From contig JAAPAO010000070.1 of the NCBI GenBank assembly GCA_013115145.1, positions 28,437-92,436 on the forward strand: 64,000 nucleotides of DNA. The letters run 5' to 3'. The notes under the pieces are model-generated. The model saw only the letters and a program-made list of their open reading frames with translations. It had not been told where the DNA came from and did not search any database. This document shows, piece after piece, positions 14,401 through 28,700 of this stretch (positions are counted from its first letter, which is position 1; every line of letters starts with the position of its first letter). The DNA comes from Perkinsus chesapeaki ATCC PRA-425 (Eukaryota > Protista > Perkinsozoa). Both the position numbers and the translations under genes were made by a program.

Positions 14401-17400
14401 ATATGATTAATACAGTATAAACAAGGTAAGGATAGGGTATTACTACCCAAGGGCTGCCTGAGGACTCTATCAACCCTGGTTATGTGATCTAACATTGTAT
14501 CAAATATTGATAATTTAACAGATAAAGCATCTTCATAGAACTCTTCTAGTTTAGCACCAACAAAGCCTCTAAGACGCTCTATATCAATCTAAAAGGGATT
14601 ACAATAACCAATGAGATGTCTCGTATAGTAGCTATTTCTACTACTACCTCAGTATAATACTTGCTACCATAATGTGAGAACATTATTGGTCTTATTAATT
14701 CCTTATCTGTTGCCCCCAGATATTCTTTTGCCGTATCATCAATTATACCATCAGCCACTCTACGTTCTTCACTACTAGTTAATCGATCACGGAACACTCT
14801 CATAGCTTCATGGATAAATAGACGTATTAATTGAGTACGTGACATACCATCATATTCTATCATAGCTTCATATAAGGCTATCTTCCATCTTGTTAGCTCT
14901 CTAGGTGAATAGAAATAATGTGGTTGTCCAGAATTATCAACAGTAAAGGTATTACTCATCTTATTATATACATCAACCATAGCTCTGGTCAACATATCAG
15001 CATAATCACCAAGTTGTGGCTGTAATGTTGTTAACATAGCCCTAGAGAATGTACCATATATTTGTATCAAAGAGCTACTAGAAGGATAGTCTACAAATAA
15101 GACAGGTACATGACGTAGGAACCTATCGCTCATAGCATGTCGACCAGCATCGGTAGAAGGGTTACATGCTCCAACAAACAATATACGCTCTACGCTAACC
15201 CATGATCTATCACTAGGCCTATAAAAGCCTTTAGCCTCTATCATCTGCCTTATGAACATTATAACTCTTTGTGTACCATAATCATCTGGTACTGGTAAGT
15301 TAATCTCATCACAGAATACTACTAACCATTTATCATGTGATCCACCAGATGGTCTAAGTCTCCAGCCAGATGATGTCTGACAACATTCACAATACATCAT
15401 TAATGTTCTCATTAGCATTTCTGGTGTAGATTCACTGGAGAAGTTCAAAGAGGCTACCTCTACTGTATCACCAAGGTTACGTAAAGCTGATAGTAACGTC
15501 ATAGACTTGCCAGAGCCAGGAGGGCCACAAAGGACGAAATGCCTTTTAGAGGCTATCCAAGCATTAATGCATTCAGCATTCCTCTCAGTATCCATAGTTG
15601 ATATAACAAGATTAGCATTTAATACTTGACCAGCCTCTATATCAATACTTTTAACTCTATCACCCCATGGACTCCATTCACCATCAATAGTCCGTACCTC
15701 ATAGTCCAGGAGACTACTTGTTGTAGACAATGACATCGGCACTGGAACACCACTGGCTTCAGCTTCGGAGGATACAAAGCGTCCAAACTCTTGTCTATCA
15801 GCAAGGGGAAGGGAAGAAGCAAATCCCCAGCATACTGATAATATAAGGGCTTTATCAAGATACCTCTCTCTTATAGATGCATTACGACAGGAACACATGG
15901 CACGATTAACATAATGTTCAAGTAGACTGAACATAGCATTAATACCTCTAGTAGAGGTAAATGGCATAATATGACACGAGGCTAGCTCCTTAGCATAGCT
16001 TAATGAACGGTATACTAGACCACCAGGATGGAAGAAACGCATAAGTGAATCGATAAAGCAGCTAGCAGTGTCAGAGGTATCCAAAGTCGTGGATGATCGT
16101 GTTGTCGAGCCCTTATATGTTGTATTAGTAAGACACTTTAGTTGTCTAATACATATCATATTATCAGTTACTGTATCTGGACTAAACCATACCATACCAC
16201 ATCTTGATACTGTAGCCATTGTAGCATGTTTAAGGGAATCAACCTAATGATAATTAGGGTTAATATATTGGAATCTTTTTAGGATGCTCTATTACCTCAA
16301 AGACTATCCTAACATTATAAGGTAATAATAAACGTTCACCACTTGGTAATGTTAACATTTTATTATCATCAAGTACTGAGTTAAGATTCTCAGCCCAATT
16401 AGGATCAACATCTCCATCAAATATAATCCAATTACGTCTATCTATACCAGTAGAAGAGTGTTCCCCTACCATCCCTATCCTATCATCATCATCTATCCTA
16501 TCACCACTGGTTGCTGCAGCACTATTAGTTATTATAATTTTCCTTAGTATACCAGTAAATACACCATCTGTCCATTCTCTAGTAGTAGTATCTAATCTAC
16601 CATATAGATCATCCTTTAACATAGCCTTTGGCTCTATGATAAATGACTTGGATGCTATTCGTTCATGACGTTGCAGAGCTTCTAATAATACCTTAGTAAC
16701 AGATGACCTGAACAATAATGATGACTATCACATTCATGCCCTCCTCCTTACTTTCCACTCCCTACTGGCCCAAATAGTATAATGCCATGATGTAGTTTTT
16801 GTAGCTGATAGAGTTGCAAGCACTTCTCAATAAACGCCTCTTGTGGGTCTAGGCCCTTCTCCTTGCATACGTTGATAACATGTAGCTTAAGGCTCTCTTC
16901 ATCAAATGCTATTGCCTACAGCAACCTATCATGGATCTGCAAACCTTTGAGTATTTACCTTAGTCTCGGGGAACACCTCCTTTACTAGCTTAGACATAAT
17001 AATAACATCATCACCGACTAGTTTAGGTACAATAGCATTGGCAACAGCACGAAGTATTATAACTTCCTCAGATAAAGGAGGCTGTTCATCGTCCTCATCA
17101 TTCCCTTCGGTAATAGCCTTAGATGATCTCATAAGACTACCAGCACTAGCTAGTACACTCTTTAATGCTCTTAAGCCAAAGTCATAGTGTAGCTGGATGG
17201 AGAGGTCTTTGGCACATCTATCAAATAGTTCAACTACTCTTGATGATAAATATTCAGCTTGTTTAAATCCTTGTGAGTAAAGCAATACCTCAGCTATTAA
17301 TGCCTTATCAGGTACTATCATAGCTACTTGTCGGAATAATTGTTTAAGATTGTCAGGAAACTTAGATCTTCCTGCATATCCAGGATTAGTAGTAACAAAT

Positions 17401-20400
17401 ATACCAACATTACGGGATAGAGATACTGGGCGATCGAGGATGCTAACCTTATCACGTTCATGTCTTAGACCAGATTGTATAGCATATATCTGTTGACTCA
17501 CTGCCGATAAGATACGCTCCTCTAATCTATTAAATTCATCAAAGCATCCCCAAGCACCAACTTGGCATAAACCAACGAATATACGCCCCATAGCAGTAAA
17601 GTCAAAGCTTTCATCACAACAGAATACCATAACAAGTCTACCTAGTTGTGCTCCTAATGCTTTAACTGTCTCTGTTTTACCAGTACCAGCAGGGCCAAAT
17701 GGATTACCACCTAACCTCATATCAAGTGTCTGAGCTAATGCCATATAACAACGATCAGTTAATGGAGTTTGGACTAATCTATCACATACACCAAGATACT
17801 CAAAACCGTAAGTGAATACAGCATTACATATCTCAACATTAACCTTCATACCATCATTTGGATAAAATCTATGTTTAAGTACTCTTAACCATTCAAAATG
17901 ATGTGGGCTAGAACATCCAACACTATCCAGATGACGGCTAACTTCTCTTTGATGTATAACTTCACTTATCAATTGTTCATATTTCCTCCTTAGTAAGTTA
18001 TCGGACTGTGCCCCAGTAGACCCACCAGCAGCGGCTGCTGCTGCTGACAATGCCTCCAGTTGAGTTATACAATCCTCTATAACAGTAGCAGTACCACCAT
18101 CCTTACTAAGGGCTGATGATTGTGCATTACACCATCTAGCTTGGCATGCTAATAATGCTATTTGGGCAGGGAACTTCTGAGCCAAGTCTAGTATACTTAA
18201 TCTAGGATCCATAGCTTCTAATAATAACTCTGGTAAACGGGTATACATTGCCTTCTCTATTGAACTTAATACATAATATACACCACGTTTAGCATTATTA
18301 ATACCATCATTAGATATATTAACTGCTATTTTATGAGTATCACCAAGATGTACCACCTCATACTCTCGACTTCTTATTGCTGTTATCCATACTATATTAC
18401 CATCCTTATCATCTTGACATATCTCTATACCAGCAATACCAGCAAACATCTTACCCAAGTGTTGTGATATAATATTAAGATCTTGTGAGTTGCCTATTAT
18501 CTCTAATAAATCCTCATCACCAACAAAGTAAAATCTAGGGAACTGTGCCCTTTGCATCTCCAAATAATCTCCTAATGCCTTTTGTATCCTACTCAATGTC
18601 CTTCCTAATCTCTCCAAGGTATTAATAATATTATCATTAACTATAAGATCTAATATATTAACCTTATTGTCTGTTATCTTTCTCATTATTGATATAAATT
18701 CAGCATCAACTGATATAAACCTTGATGATTCTGTTGGTAATAATGTCCGTATATCCTCTGAGTTACAGAATATCCCTTCAAGATAGACATATCTTCTTTG
18801 TACATTAACCCATATATCCAATAATACTCTTAATTTAGTAAGCCTATCTTCCCATGATATAGTATCAGCCTCAAATACCTTATAATAAGGTGAATGCTTC
18901 ATAGCATCTAATGATCCTATATGCTCATCTAGTTGGGTAAATAGATCATCCCAACCTTTAACCAAATTACATTTACCACCAAAAGGTATTAATTCAAGAT
19001 TTAACGTACTCCAATAATCCTTAACATTATTAATAAATTCCTCTAATGCTAGCTCACCCGATGCCTCCACCATTATACCACGTAGTTCCTTCTCCTTTTC
19101 TATAAGGGCTCTACATTCCCAAAGCTGCCCTAGTTGTATAGTATTAATTGCTACCCCCATAGTAGTAGTACCACCACTTAGTGATATAATATGCATTATC
19201 TGTTTCCAATGCCTATCCTTTAATGCCTCCGACTTGAGATCCGCTATAAGTGGATGAAGCTGTAAGGCCGCCTTCACACGATTACGTAAATCATCATATG
19301 CATCATATTGACGTAATGCATCTGGTAGTTGTGCTAGATCCTCTAATAACTGTTCTAATGACTGCTTTATCTTTTTAGGTACTATAGCTGGCCATGGTGT
19401 ATCGGATATATCAGATAATTTATGATGTATACCACCAAGACCTTCCCATACCGATCTCAGATTTGATACATCTTCTCTTAATGGATCCAATCGTCTCTCA
19501 TTACTACAGTCTAAATCAAGTACCCGTTTAGCTTTAATAACCTAAGCCCATAACCTTATATACCAGAATAATGAGTAACCCTATTACTACCTGAACCAGT
19601 TCAAGTTGTACTTTAACTAATCGGGTATCGAATGATGATATACTCTGTAGTGCTCTAATAATACTCACTATTATCCTTAGTCACTATCTCGCTTACCTTC
19701 TTGGTGATTCCATTATATTATCCTGCTGCTGCTGTTGATTATTCCTCATAGTATTACCCCATTCATTATATAATTCATTAATTAGTTCCATAACTCTATT
19801 ATCATGTGTTGTTATTATACCCTTAACCTTATCCAAGCTCTCTTCTAATAGTTTAACTCTTCTATTTAATACCTATAACCCATTATAATCCCTAGTATCC
19901 CCATAAACTTCGACCCCTTACTTGCTGTAATGCAGTCCATTCCCCTTCTACCCTATCAGTCCATACCCAATCTCTTGGAAATGAATACCTTTGCCTCTGT
20001 AATAGCTTTTCCCCAGCCCTTAATGAAGCCACTCTCTGCGACCATGCTTTATTAGCATCTCTCTCAGCTTCACGTACACAAGTAACAAATTCAGCAATCT
20101 AAAGTTGGACTTTAAAGTGGTAGTAGTACCCTGTAGGATGTTATTACCTCTCTACAGCTTGTAACTACCAGTGTCTGTTGTTCAAGTGATGTCCTGGATT
20201 TCTCTAATTGTGCTAACATTGATCTAGTCTGATCAGCCATCTGTACTGCAAATGCTTGTAATACTTCCCTTTGCCATTGATCATATTTATGAAGTACTTG
20301 TTCCTGTATAGGGCTAAAGTCTATTGCTATAGGCCCAAATGTTTCCGTATCTCTAGCTGCATCTACAGCTATTCTAGCTATTCTAATCTCACTAAGTAAT

Positions 20401-23352
20401 TGTTGCCATGCTTCTATATCATCTCCTAGTTCATTAAATAATGCTGATGGTTCTGCACGCCATAATCCTTCATATTTAATCCAATTATCAACATATTTAC
20501 CCATACTATCAATAGTAGTATCAATAATATTATATGCTTGTAATAACATATTATCATTATTATCTATATCAATTAGATCCATAAATGTGCCCCCTCCTCC
20601 TCCTCCTCCACTAACCCTATCCTTTACAGTATTATTAACATTATCATATCTACCATGTCTTATCCTAGGAAAGTGTGATAGCTTAGCCAATAATACTGAT
20701 AGATTTTCCATAAGACCAGCTCTAGCCTCGTGTATACTTGGTTTTAACACTAACCGTGTATTGGGGCCTTCCTGTAGCATTATTAGCTCATGTACAGTAA
20801 TACCATCTTCAGGTATAACTCTAGTACCATTACGTGGCCAGTCCTCGAATTCATCCACCCATAACCCTACAACTGCCGATAGTTCAGCATAAAGCCTAGC
20901 AGCTAGCCTAGCGTTTAAATCGGATACATAGGATTCAAGGTTAGAACATCCAGCAAGGTTAAGGTCATCAACTATCTTTTGTACTTTACCAAATATACCC
21001 AATACCTGGTCGACATAACTAAGGGTTGTTGACTTATTAGAATTAGTAGTAGAGGTGCATGAGGAGGGTGGTGGTATAAGAATAGAGGAGTTAGCTGTTA
21101 AGAAGAGTTCCTCTTGATTAGGCCTATATAATGTATCATCTATCATATGGATACATGCTAGCTGGTCATCTACTAAATCATCTATACTATTAACCATAGA
21201 TAATACCTCAGTCCAACGATCTTGAAAAGTAAATATTAGATCACTAACTTCAGCAGTATAGGAGTATACAGCATCAATATCATCCCAACCTATATCACAT
21301 GCAGCTAATAATGCATCTTGTACTTTACTATGAAATTTTGCTAATAATGATGCTACTCTAGGTTGCTGTGCTAATGTAGTCCCCAATGACATATATGTTT
21401 CAGCACATTCTCGTAAGGTAACAGATAACGGATATATCTTCCTTATTTCCTCCCCTTTAACCTTTACAGCAAATGGTATTTGATAATGTAAACTATCAAG
21501 ATATCCAAGCTCTTGACATAAGATTAATAAATCCTCATCAAAGTTCATCTTTAGTTGTAATTCACCATTATTTGCCTTATATACTGATAACACTCTAGCA
21601 CCCCAATCAATTGATACATTACGTGCAGACTTAACCCATGTATCAAATAGTTTACTAGTATCCAACTTCTTACCAAAATAATCACATTCCTCTTTAATCC
21701 TTTGACCATCTATATGTTTATCCCAATTAGGCCCCAATACTGATGCTACTTGATTTATTAATGTAGTTAATCTCTTACTTATTTGCCTTGCCCATATTAT
21801 CTTTCCACTTAATGCAGGTACACCCCTCTGTAGTAACATAGTCTCTGTACCAGAACCCTCAAAGCCCTTTTTAAATGCCTCTTGTAAATCAAATATATCC
21901 CCTTTAACTCTAGTTAATAATGAGTTTTGATATTCAAGTACAGCGCTTCTTATCCTTAGTCTAAAGAATAATGGATTGAAGCGTGCAAAGGCTTGGAACA
22001 TATCCTTGGTAGTGGTAGCATTTCCTAATGTATCCCTCATAGTTGATATTATTAATGATTCAGCTCTAGCAATAAGATCAGCATATTCCTGTTTAGCCCT
22101 ATCCCAAGCTTCACTACCTTCATCACTTATATCCACACTATCAACTGCTAATATCTTATCATACGCAGCTATAACAGTATTCTTAGTAGCAACTGCTGCT
22201 GCTGCTGATGTAGTGTTATTATTATCGGTATCCCCCTTAGATGTAACAAATACCTTATCTAATGTATGTATAAACTGTTCATGTTGTTTTCTAAATTGCC
22301 TTAATTCTCCTATACGATCTTGTAATGGATCATGTGCAAATCTCATCTTAGCAGGTACCCTCTCAGATGACTGTCCACTACGATGTTTAAGCTCATCACG
22401 TAGTTGTTGTTTAAACTGTCTAGCTGATTCAGCCCAATTAACACATACTTCTCTACATAAACCCGTTAATAGTTCAAATTGCGTATAAGGTAATCTCATT
22501 AAAGATGTTCCTCCTCCTCCTCCTCCCTGCTGCTGCTGCTGGTACTGTCCTTTAGCTGGATGTAATATCTTATTTAATTGTATTAATAAATCCCTAGATA
22601 CATCCTCCATAAGCATAGCTGCCCTATATACTGGATATCTCCTAGCCTTCCTTAATGTCCTTTTCATATGATTGAATATACCATTAACAGCCTCTGATAT
22701 CTCCTCTATAGTTCCAGCATTCAATAATGCGTTTATAGGTAGCTCTCTTAATAACACTAGACTAGACTGCACTCTTTCTATATTATCAGGTAGCTCTACA
22801 TGTGCCTCAAATGTTACCGTTGATAGGAATCTTCTGCCTATGCGTAATACTTCTAGTGCAAATTGAACCTGGACCAGGTACGTGATGAAAAATATACTAC
22901 AACAACCTACTAGAGGGTCCTCTAATTGCTTCCTAACATTTAGTAGGTTAGTCTCGATTGCTATAAAGAACTCAATTTCCTTTATAGTAGCAGATCCACT
23001 ATCAGTTGTAATCTTCTTCCCTACTCCCCCAGCAGCAGTACTGAGGTGATCCTGGTGTTGTAGCTTAGTAACCTTATTAATATCTGTTATCCATCTATTA
23101 ACCTATACATCAATGGTAAGTTAGGTGATGGGTATTATTACTGATGTTTGAACAGCATCAAGGAATGCAGGATCTCTAAGCTCTTCTTGGGATAGATGCT
23201 CCTTAGCTGATATAGGGCTATTGGGATGGTCCTTCTTAAGCCTAGAGTATCTAATAACATTAATAGTAATACTAAACTATATATAGTTAATACACTTCAT
23301 CCACTATAGGATCAACTGATAGTATTGTGGTAGTAGGTATATGGTATTCCAT
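8488..23352 (-). CDS. DYNC1H1: Cytoplasmic dynein 1 heavy chain, multi-exon
   Basis: Tail ([22 protein letters not shown]; KIIWARQI), linker, AAA1 [15 protein letters not shown] and [13 protein letters not shown]2 GPVGSGK and [37 protein letters not shown]3 [14 protein letters not shown]4 GASGVGKT, stalk, AAA5 and AAA6. The sequences are of cytoplasmic rather than axonemal type. Confidence 0.97.
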
Positions 23353-23721
23353 AATAATAACCAACTATTATATTACTAACATATAACTCAATACAGTAAA
23401 TAAGTTATAACTCATCATCATGACACGTCACTGTGAATGATGTCTCCAGCTCAACATATTCGTACTTTGTCGTATTGATTCGATTGAAAGCCATCAGCAT
23501 ATCGATTATTCACTTATCATCCTACTGGTACGCAGTTGTATGAGACTAGATACTGCCAAACAGCTACAAAGAACTGTATAACCCATGCACAAGTTCAGAA
23601 CGGTCCGATTGAAACGAGGGCGGAGCGAACCGATTCATGAATTACATTTTCATAGACCAGAGCCAGATTTTTCTCAGTGTTCATAATAATCGCTTGTTAG
23701 CTGGTTTTTATTGTGTTGTTG

Positions 23722-25113
23722 ATGATAGACTGGGAGCTTATACGTTATGCCACTAATACTGATAATAAACCTACACCTGGTTATGCCTTTAATGACCTTA
23801 TAACTAATATTAGAGAGAATCCACAAGGTGTACCTGATGTTGCTGCATATCTAGCTGAATGTGTATCTGGTGATCATGCACATGTTAAACTTAAAGCTTT
23901 ATTATGTATGAAACACTTAGCTAATAGAGTACCACCATTTAGGATACAATTAAGATCATATGCTACTATAATAGAGCAAGCTACACAATTTACAGGACCA
24001 CCTAGTCCTACATATGGTGATGAACCATATAGATTAGTAAGGGATACAGCAACTGCTGTATGGGATATTACATTTAATCATGTAATAATATATATTAATA
24101 ATAATATTATAATTGTTATATAGGGTGATGATATTGATACTGCAACACAATCTTTACAAAAGAGGATACAAGGTTTTGGATCAGCACCTATACTTAATAA
24201 TAATGCCCCAACAGTAGCCAGTACAGCTTTACATGGTGCTGCTGATTATGTTGGTGATGCTATATATGTAATAATACAACGCTATCCTATGATTAGCTAT
24301 ATTGTTATTTAGGATGTTGTATTAGATTATCGTGAGAAAGGTGCTGTTGGTACTCTACGTGATGCTACATTAGATGCAGCTGATCTAGTAGCTGATGGTT
24401 TAGAGGCAGCTGCAACATGGATGAGGGATATGTTAGCTGGTAGTACTCCACCACCATCTACCACTACTAGACCAGGTGGTGGGGCTAATATAACATTACC
24501 ACCTAATCTGGCTATATGTGATAATCAACCAATAACATCAACTGGTGGATTTTTAGAACAATATAGACAACAGAATGGTAGCCAATTTGCATCGGTATTA
24601 GAGCAACGGGCTAATAATGATGCTTCACCCTCGTCGTCGTCGTCCTCTTCATCATATAGTAATGGTTACCCTCGGGTTATAGGTCCTGGTATAGATATAA
24701 TGGTTGATGGTAAAGGAGCTGCTACTGTAATATCTGTGGATAGGACATTAAACCCCCCTGTCATAGTTGTACGGTTAGCTAGTGATGGTTCTAGGATAGT
24801 TGTTGATGAGGATAAATGCCATTTAGAGGATACTGGTGGTAACAGTCACCATACTGAGGATTTATTAGATGTTGGCGGAGAGGATGGTATAGATATTGGT
24901 GATGGGTATAAAGCAGTACCTATGGTAGGGTCAACACCTGCTAGTAAGATAGCTAATGATGATAATAGTGATAATGAGGTCAATACACCACCTCCCCCTC
25001 CACCACCACCATCTGCTGGTAATGATGATTTACTTGGATTACAGGATACACCTGAACTATTTCAAGACCCTGGTCTAGCTAAATCACTTAAGAAGGCTGA
25101 AGCTAATATTTAA
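23722..25113 (+). CDS. TEPSIN: Tepsin-like ENTH/VHS protein (AP-4 accessory), multi-exon
   Basis: ATNTDNKPTPGYAFNDL...VKLKALLCMKHL...FTGPPSPTYGDEPYRLVRDTA matches the tepsin ENTH pattern, followed by a low-complexity tail. Confidence 0.75.
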
Positions 25114-25224
25114 TTGTAATCCTTTACTAGTAATATACGGCATAATACGTTTCTCTCCTCTCTATTATCCATTTTGTTATTAATCATTTCTATCACTAGG
25201 CGCCCTTTACCTTTTTGTGTGTCA

Positions 25225-25625
25225 ATGTCTGGAGCAGCTGTATTCAAGCGTCTGCCTTTAGCAGCTAAGGGTGTACAGGTGTATCAGGTAGTAGTCTATT
25301 ATTAATATATAATACTATTATTAATATCCCTTTGTAGGTATCTAAGGCTACATATCGTGCCGGGGCTGCATTAGGTATGGATTTATCTGTAACTAAGAAA
25401 CCATTAAATCAAGCATTAGATGCTGCTATACATAAACCACAATTTTTGGAGGTTGATACGTTAAAAGGTTATAAAGGGTTAATGAGGGTTAAGGATGAGG
25501 TTGGTATAATAGTAATATTAGGTATACCTGTTAATACATCATTAAACCAGACTACATTGGTCGATCCTTACCTTTCACGGTATATAGCTGATTTAAATGA
25601 TGTATACTTCATCAGAAACCAGTGA
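25225..25625 (+). CDS. Small hypothetical protein (~105-115 aa, 3 exons)
   Basis: MSGAAVFKRLPLAAKGVQVYQ|VSKATYRAGAALGMDLSVTKKPLN...|GIPVNTSLNQTTLVDPYLSRYIADLNDVYFIRNQ*, with canonical short introns. No family recognised. Confidence 0.6.
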
Positions 25626-25774
25626 TTAGGCAGCAGTATCAGTATCCACATTATGAGGGTTATGTTTCGTATTAGATGATGATGATAGTTACTACAACCA
25701 TAATACTTTATTATTGTGTTTATAGTCAGTAAGAGTGTACAAATGATGACAGTTGGTTGTGGGGGGTAGTAGTA

Positions 25775-28700
25775 ATGCCACCAGGTGGTGGTGTAAAGGA
25801 GACTAACCCTTTACTTAAAGATCTACCTAAAGATACTGCTAAAAATTGGGAAATTGATATAGTAATGTCATCATATATAATTAATATATAGACAAGTGGT
25901 ATCATTATAGGTGGAATGTTTAGAGAAACTTAAGGTAGACCTATTCGAAGATGATGATGATGACGAGGAAGGTAGTAGTAGTAATGAGGGGTAGAATAAT
26001 AGGTTATGTATATATTAGGAGGAGATCATCCTATTAACTTTGCCCAAGCTGCTATTGGTTTATATCATAGCGCTACTGTATATGCTAGAAAGGTAATAAT
26101 AACAAGGTCAATGTAGTTATTAGTAATATATCAGATTGATAGCCTGTATTTGAAGATGTATGAGACTATGGAGTTATTAGGTAGAGGTGTTGGTGAAAAA
26201 GAGAGAAGGAAGAATGCAAGGGAGGCTAAGAAACTTAGTAGGAGGTTTAATAAGGGGATATATACATAAGGGTTGTTGTTGTATAGGGAAGAAACTGGGG
26301 ATATTTGATGATGGTGATGGTTGTGAATTATTGGATAATAAAATTGTAAGAGCACCAGATAGTCAATTAAATATGTTAAAGGGAGGAGGACAAAAGGGTA
26401 TGAATACTAATCATAGCTTTGTACATAGAGTACCACTATTCTTGGTAAGATAAAGGGGGCTTATAAGGGGTAATGTATACTGAGTATAGGTACCAAGGGA
26501 AGAAGGGGATCGTAAGAGACCAGAGTATAAGGTTAGTGGATGTATGATGTTATTGTGATGGTGTTAGTTATATAATGTATTATTATAGGTACCGTAAACC
26601 CTTATAATATGGCAGTGTTATTACCTGATCTAGAAGGGAAATGTTCAACTAATATGGAGGAGGATATTATACTTAGGAAGCATTCTGGTAATCATTATTT
26701 ACTTTAATATCTCCCTCTTACTTGAGCTATTAGGTAATGATGGTACAGCAGCAGATGTAGCACCATTACCTCCACCACCAACACAGACCCTTGTAGAGGC
26801 ACCAGGCATGCCATCTATAGATGATGAAGGAGAAGGAGAAGAAGAGGCTAATGCATCAGCAGCAGCAGCATTGAATGATTATCCACCACATGATGTAGGG
26901 GATAGACACTAGGCTGTTGTTGTTGATATTAATACAGGATGGTGATGATGGTGTATCACTACCTGACCAACATGATGATGACTATAATAATGATAGTGGT
27001 ATAGGAGCTGAACCTGCACCAGTCACAGGAGAGGAAAACGAGGGGGAAGCTATACATGATGCTGTGCTGGATGGTATGTAGTGAGCATATAACAGGTATA
27101 TTATATGCTCCACTTATCATCATCATCAGCATCATCAACTAACTCCCTACCTAATGGTGACCTTCAACCAGTTAATGAAAGTAATGCTATTGATGTATAT
27201 GAGGGAGAGGAAGACGATGATGAAGATGATGAAGAAGAAGAGGTAGTGTCATTAAAGGGTGTCCCATAACATTATTATTCACAGTCTTTTATTGATCTTC
27301 TTCTGTTAGGGTATATGGACATTATTAGATCCCTATGTCAACCCAGGCAAGAAACCACATAAGTGGGTTATGGGGTCATAACGTATATAGTCACCATTGT
27401 CTACAGGCCTATGAAGATTGGTATAGTTGGTAAGCCTATAACGGTTAAAGTACAGAATGCAGCTAGTATTAAATTATCTAATGGGAGTAAGGCGAAAGGG
27501 TACTGATAAGGTGATGATGATGGGTATTATTAGGGAGGGCTGCTATGAACTTGGATATAGCAGAGGATTCTATATTACCTAATACTAGTGATAGACCAGC
27601 ATTAGTATGGCAGACTATGGGGGAGTATCCGGAGGCAGCTAGTATAGAGAATAAACTGGCATTGCAGGTAATACAGGGAAGATAAGCTATAATGCCATGA
27701 TGGGGGGTATAGGTATCAAATAATCGTAAAGAATCAAGAAAGGTAGTTAGACAAAGGAATGAGAGGGCATCAATGGAGCGGATGAAGGCACTACAACAGT
27801 TAAGGGCAACAAGGAATGTAGGGGGGGATAGTATAGGGAAGAGATGGTATAGAGAGTGGATAGGTGGTAACTGAGGCTGAGAGGAGGGAAGAGAAACCAC
27901 AACATGGTATAGATGAAGGAGGGGAATCATCTGGTAGGACTAACAAGTTTATTTTTATATTACAAGGATTATTAGATTCTGAGGATGATGATAATAATAA
28001 TGATAATAGGCGTAGTATAGCAGCATCAATTAGATCAGTAGGTATACTATATCATAGAGATAGGGTTATGGTATTATTATTAGCAGCCTGGTATAATGAA
28101 TAGCCCTCCACATATTGATGATGGACCATCAAGATTGTCAATAAGTAGCAGTAATGAATATTCAGCTATGTTACCAGTTAGAAGGGATGTTGGACCTACC
28201 AGTGGATTCAGTAATACGAACACACATTATTAACACATACCATACACTAAGGTACAACAGCAGCAGGAGGAGCTAGCTCGGATATAGCTAAGGAAGCACA
28301 GTTTAGGGAGTTCTTTAAAAGACAAGAGGAATATGATAAAGTGGGGTGGCAGTGGGTTTAGCAGTGGGGTTAGCAGTGGATTAGTAATATCAATTATTAT
28401 ATGTAGATTATACAGAAGTATCTGCTAAAAGAGTTTCAATCAGGCAATGAACCAGAGTCATTCAACAGTCCTGGTGAAGCGTAACCATCTATTATTGATA
28501 ACAGCAATAACGATTTTAAGAGGGTGTATTCAGACGTACTGGTATTGATCTACTCAATCGTGATTTAGAGCGTAATGCACAGAATATATATGCTAAGGTC
28601 CGTAAATGGCAGGATCAGGTAGGGAGTGGTAGGATGGTAGTGGTTGAATGGTTATAGGGTTATGATATTAATAGGTTGAACCATTACTAGAGGAACAGGA

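Noticed and set aside
9930-22866. Multiple + strand ORFs of 60-170 aa opposite the dynein gene, and similar antisense ORFs opposite other genes
   Set aside because: Shadow ORFs of genuine coding exons, with no recognisable motifs.
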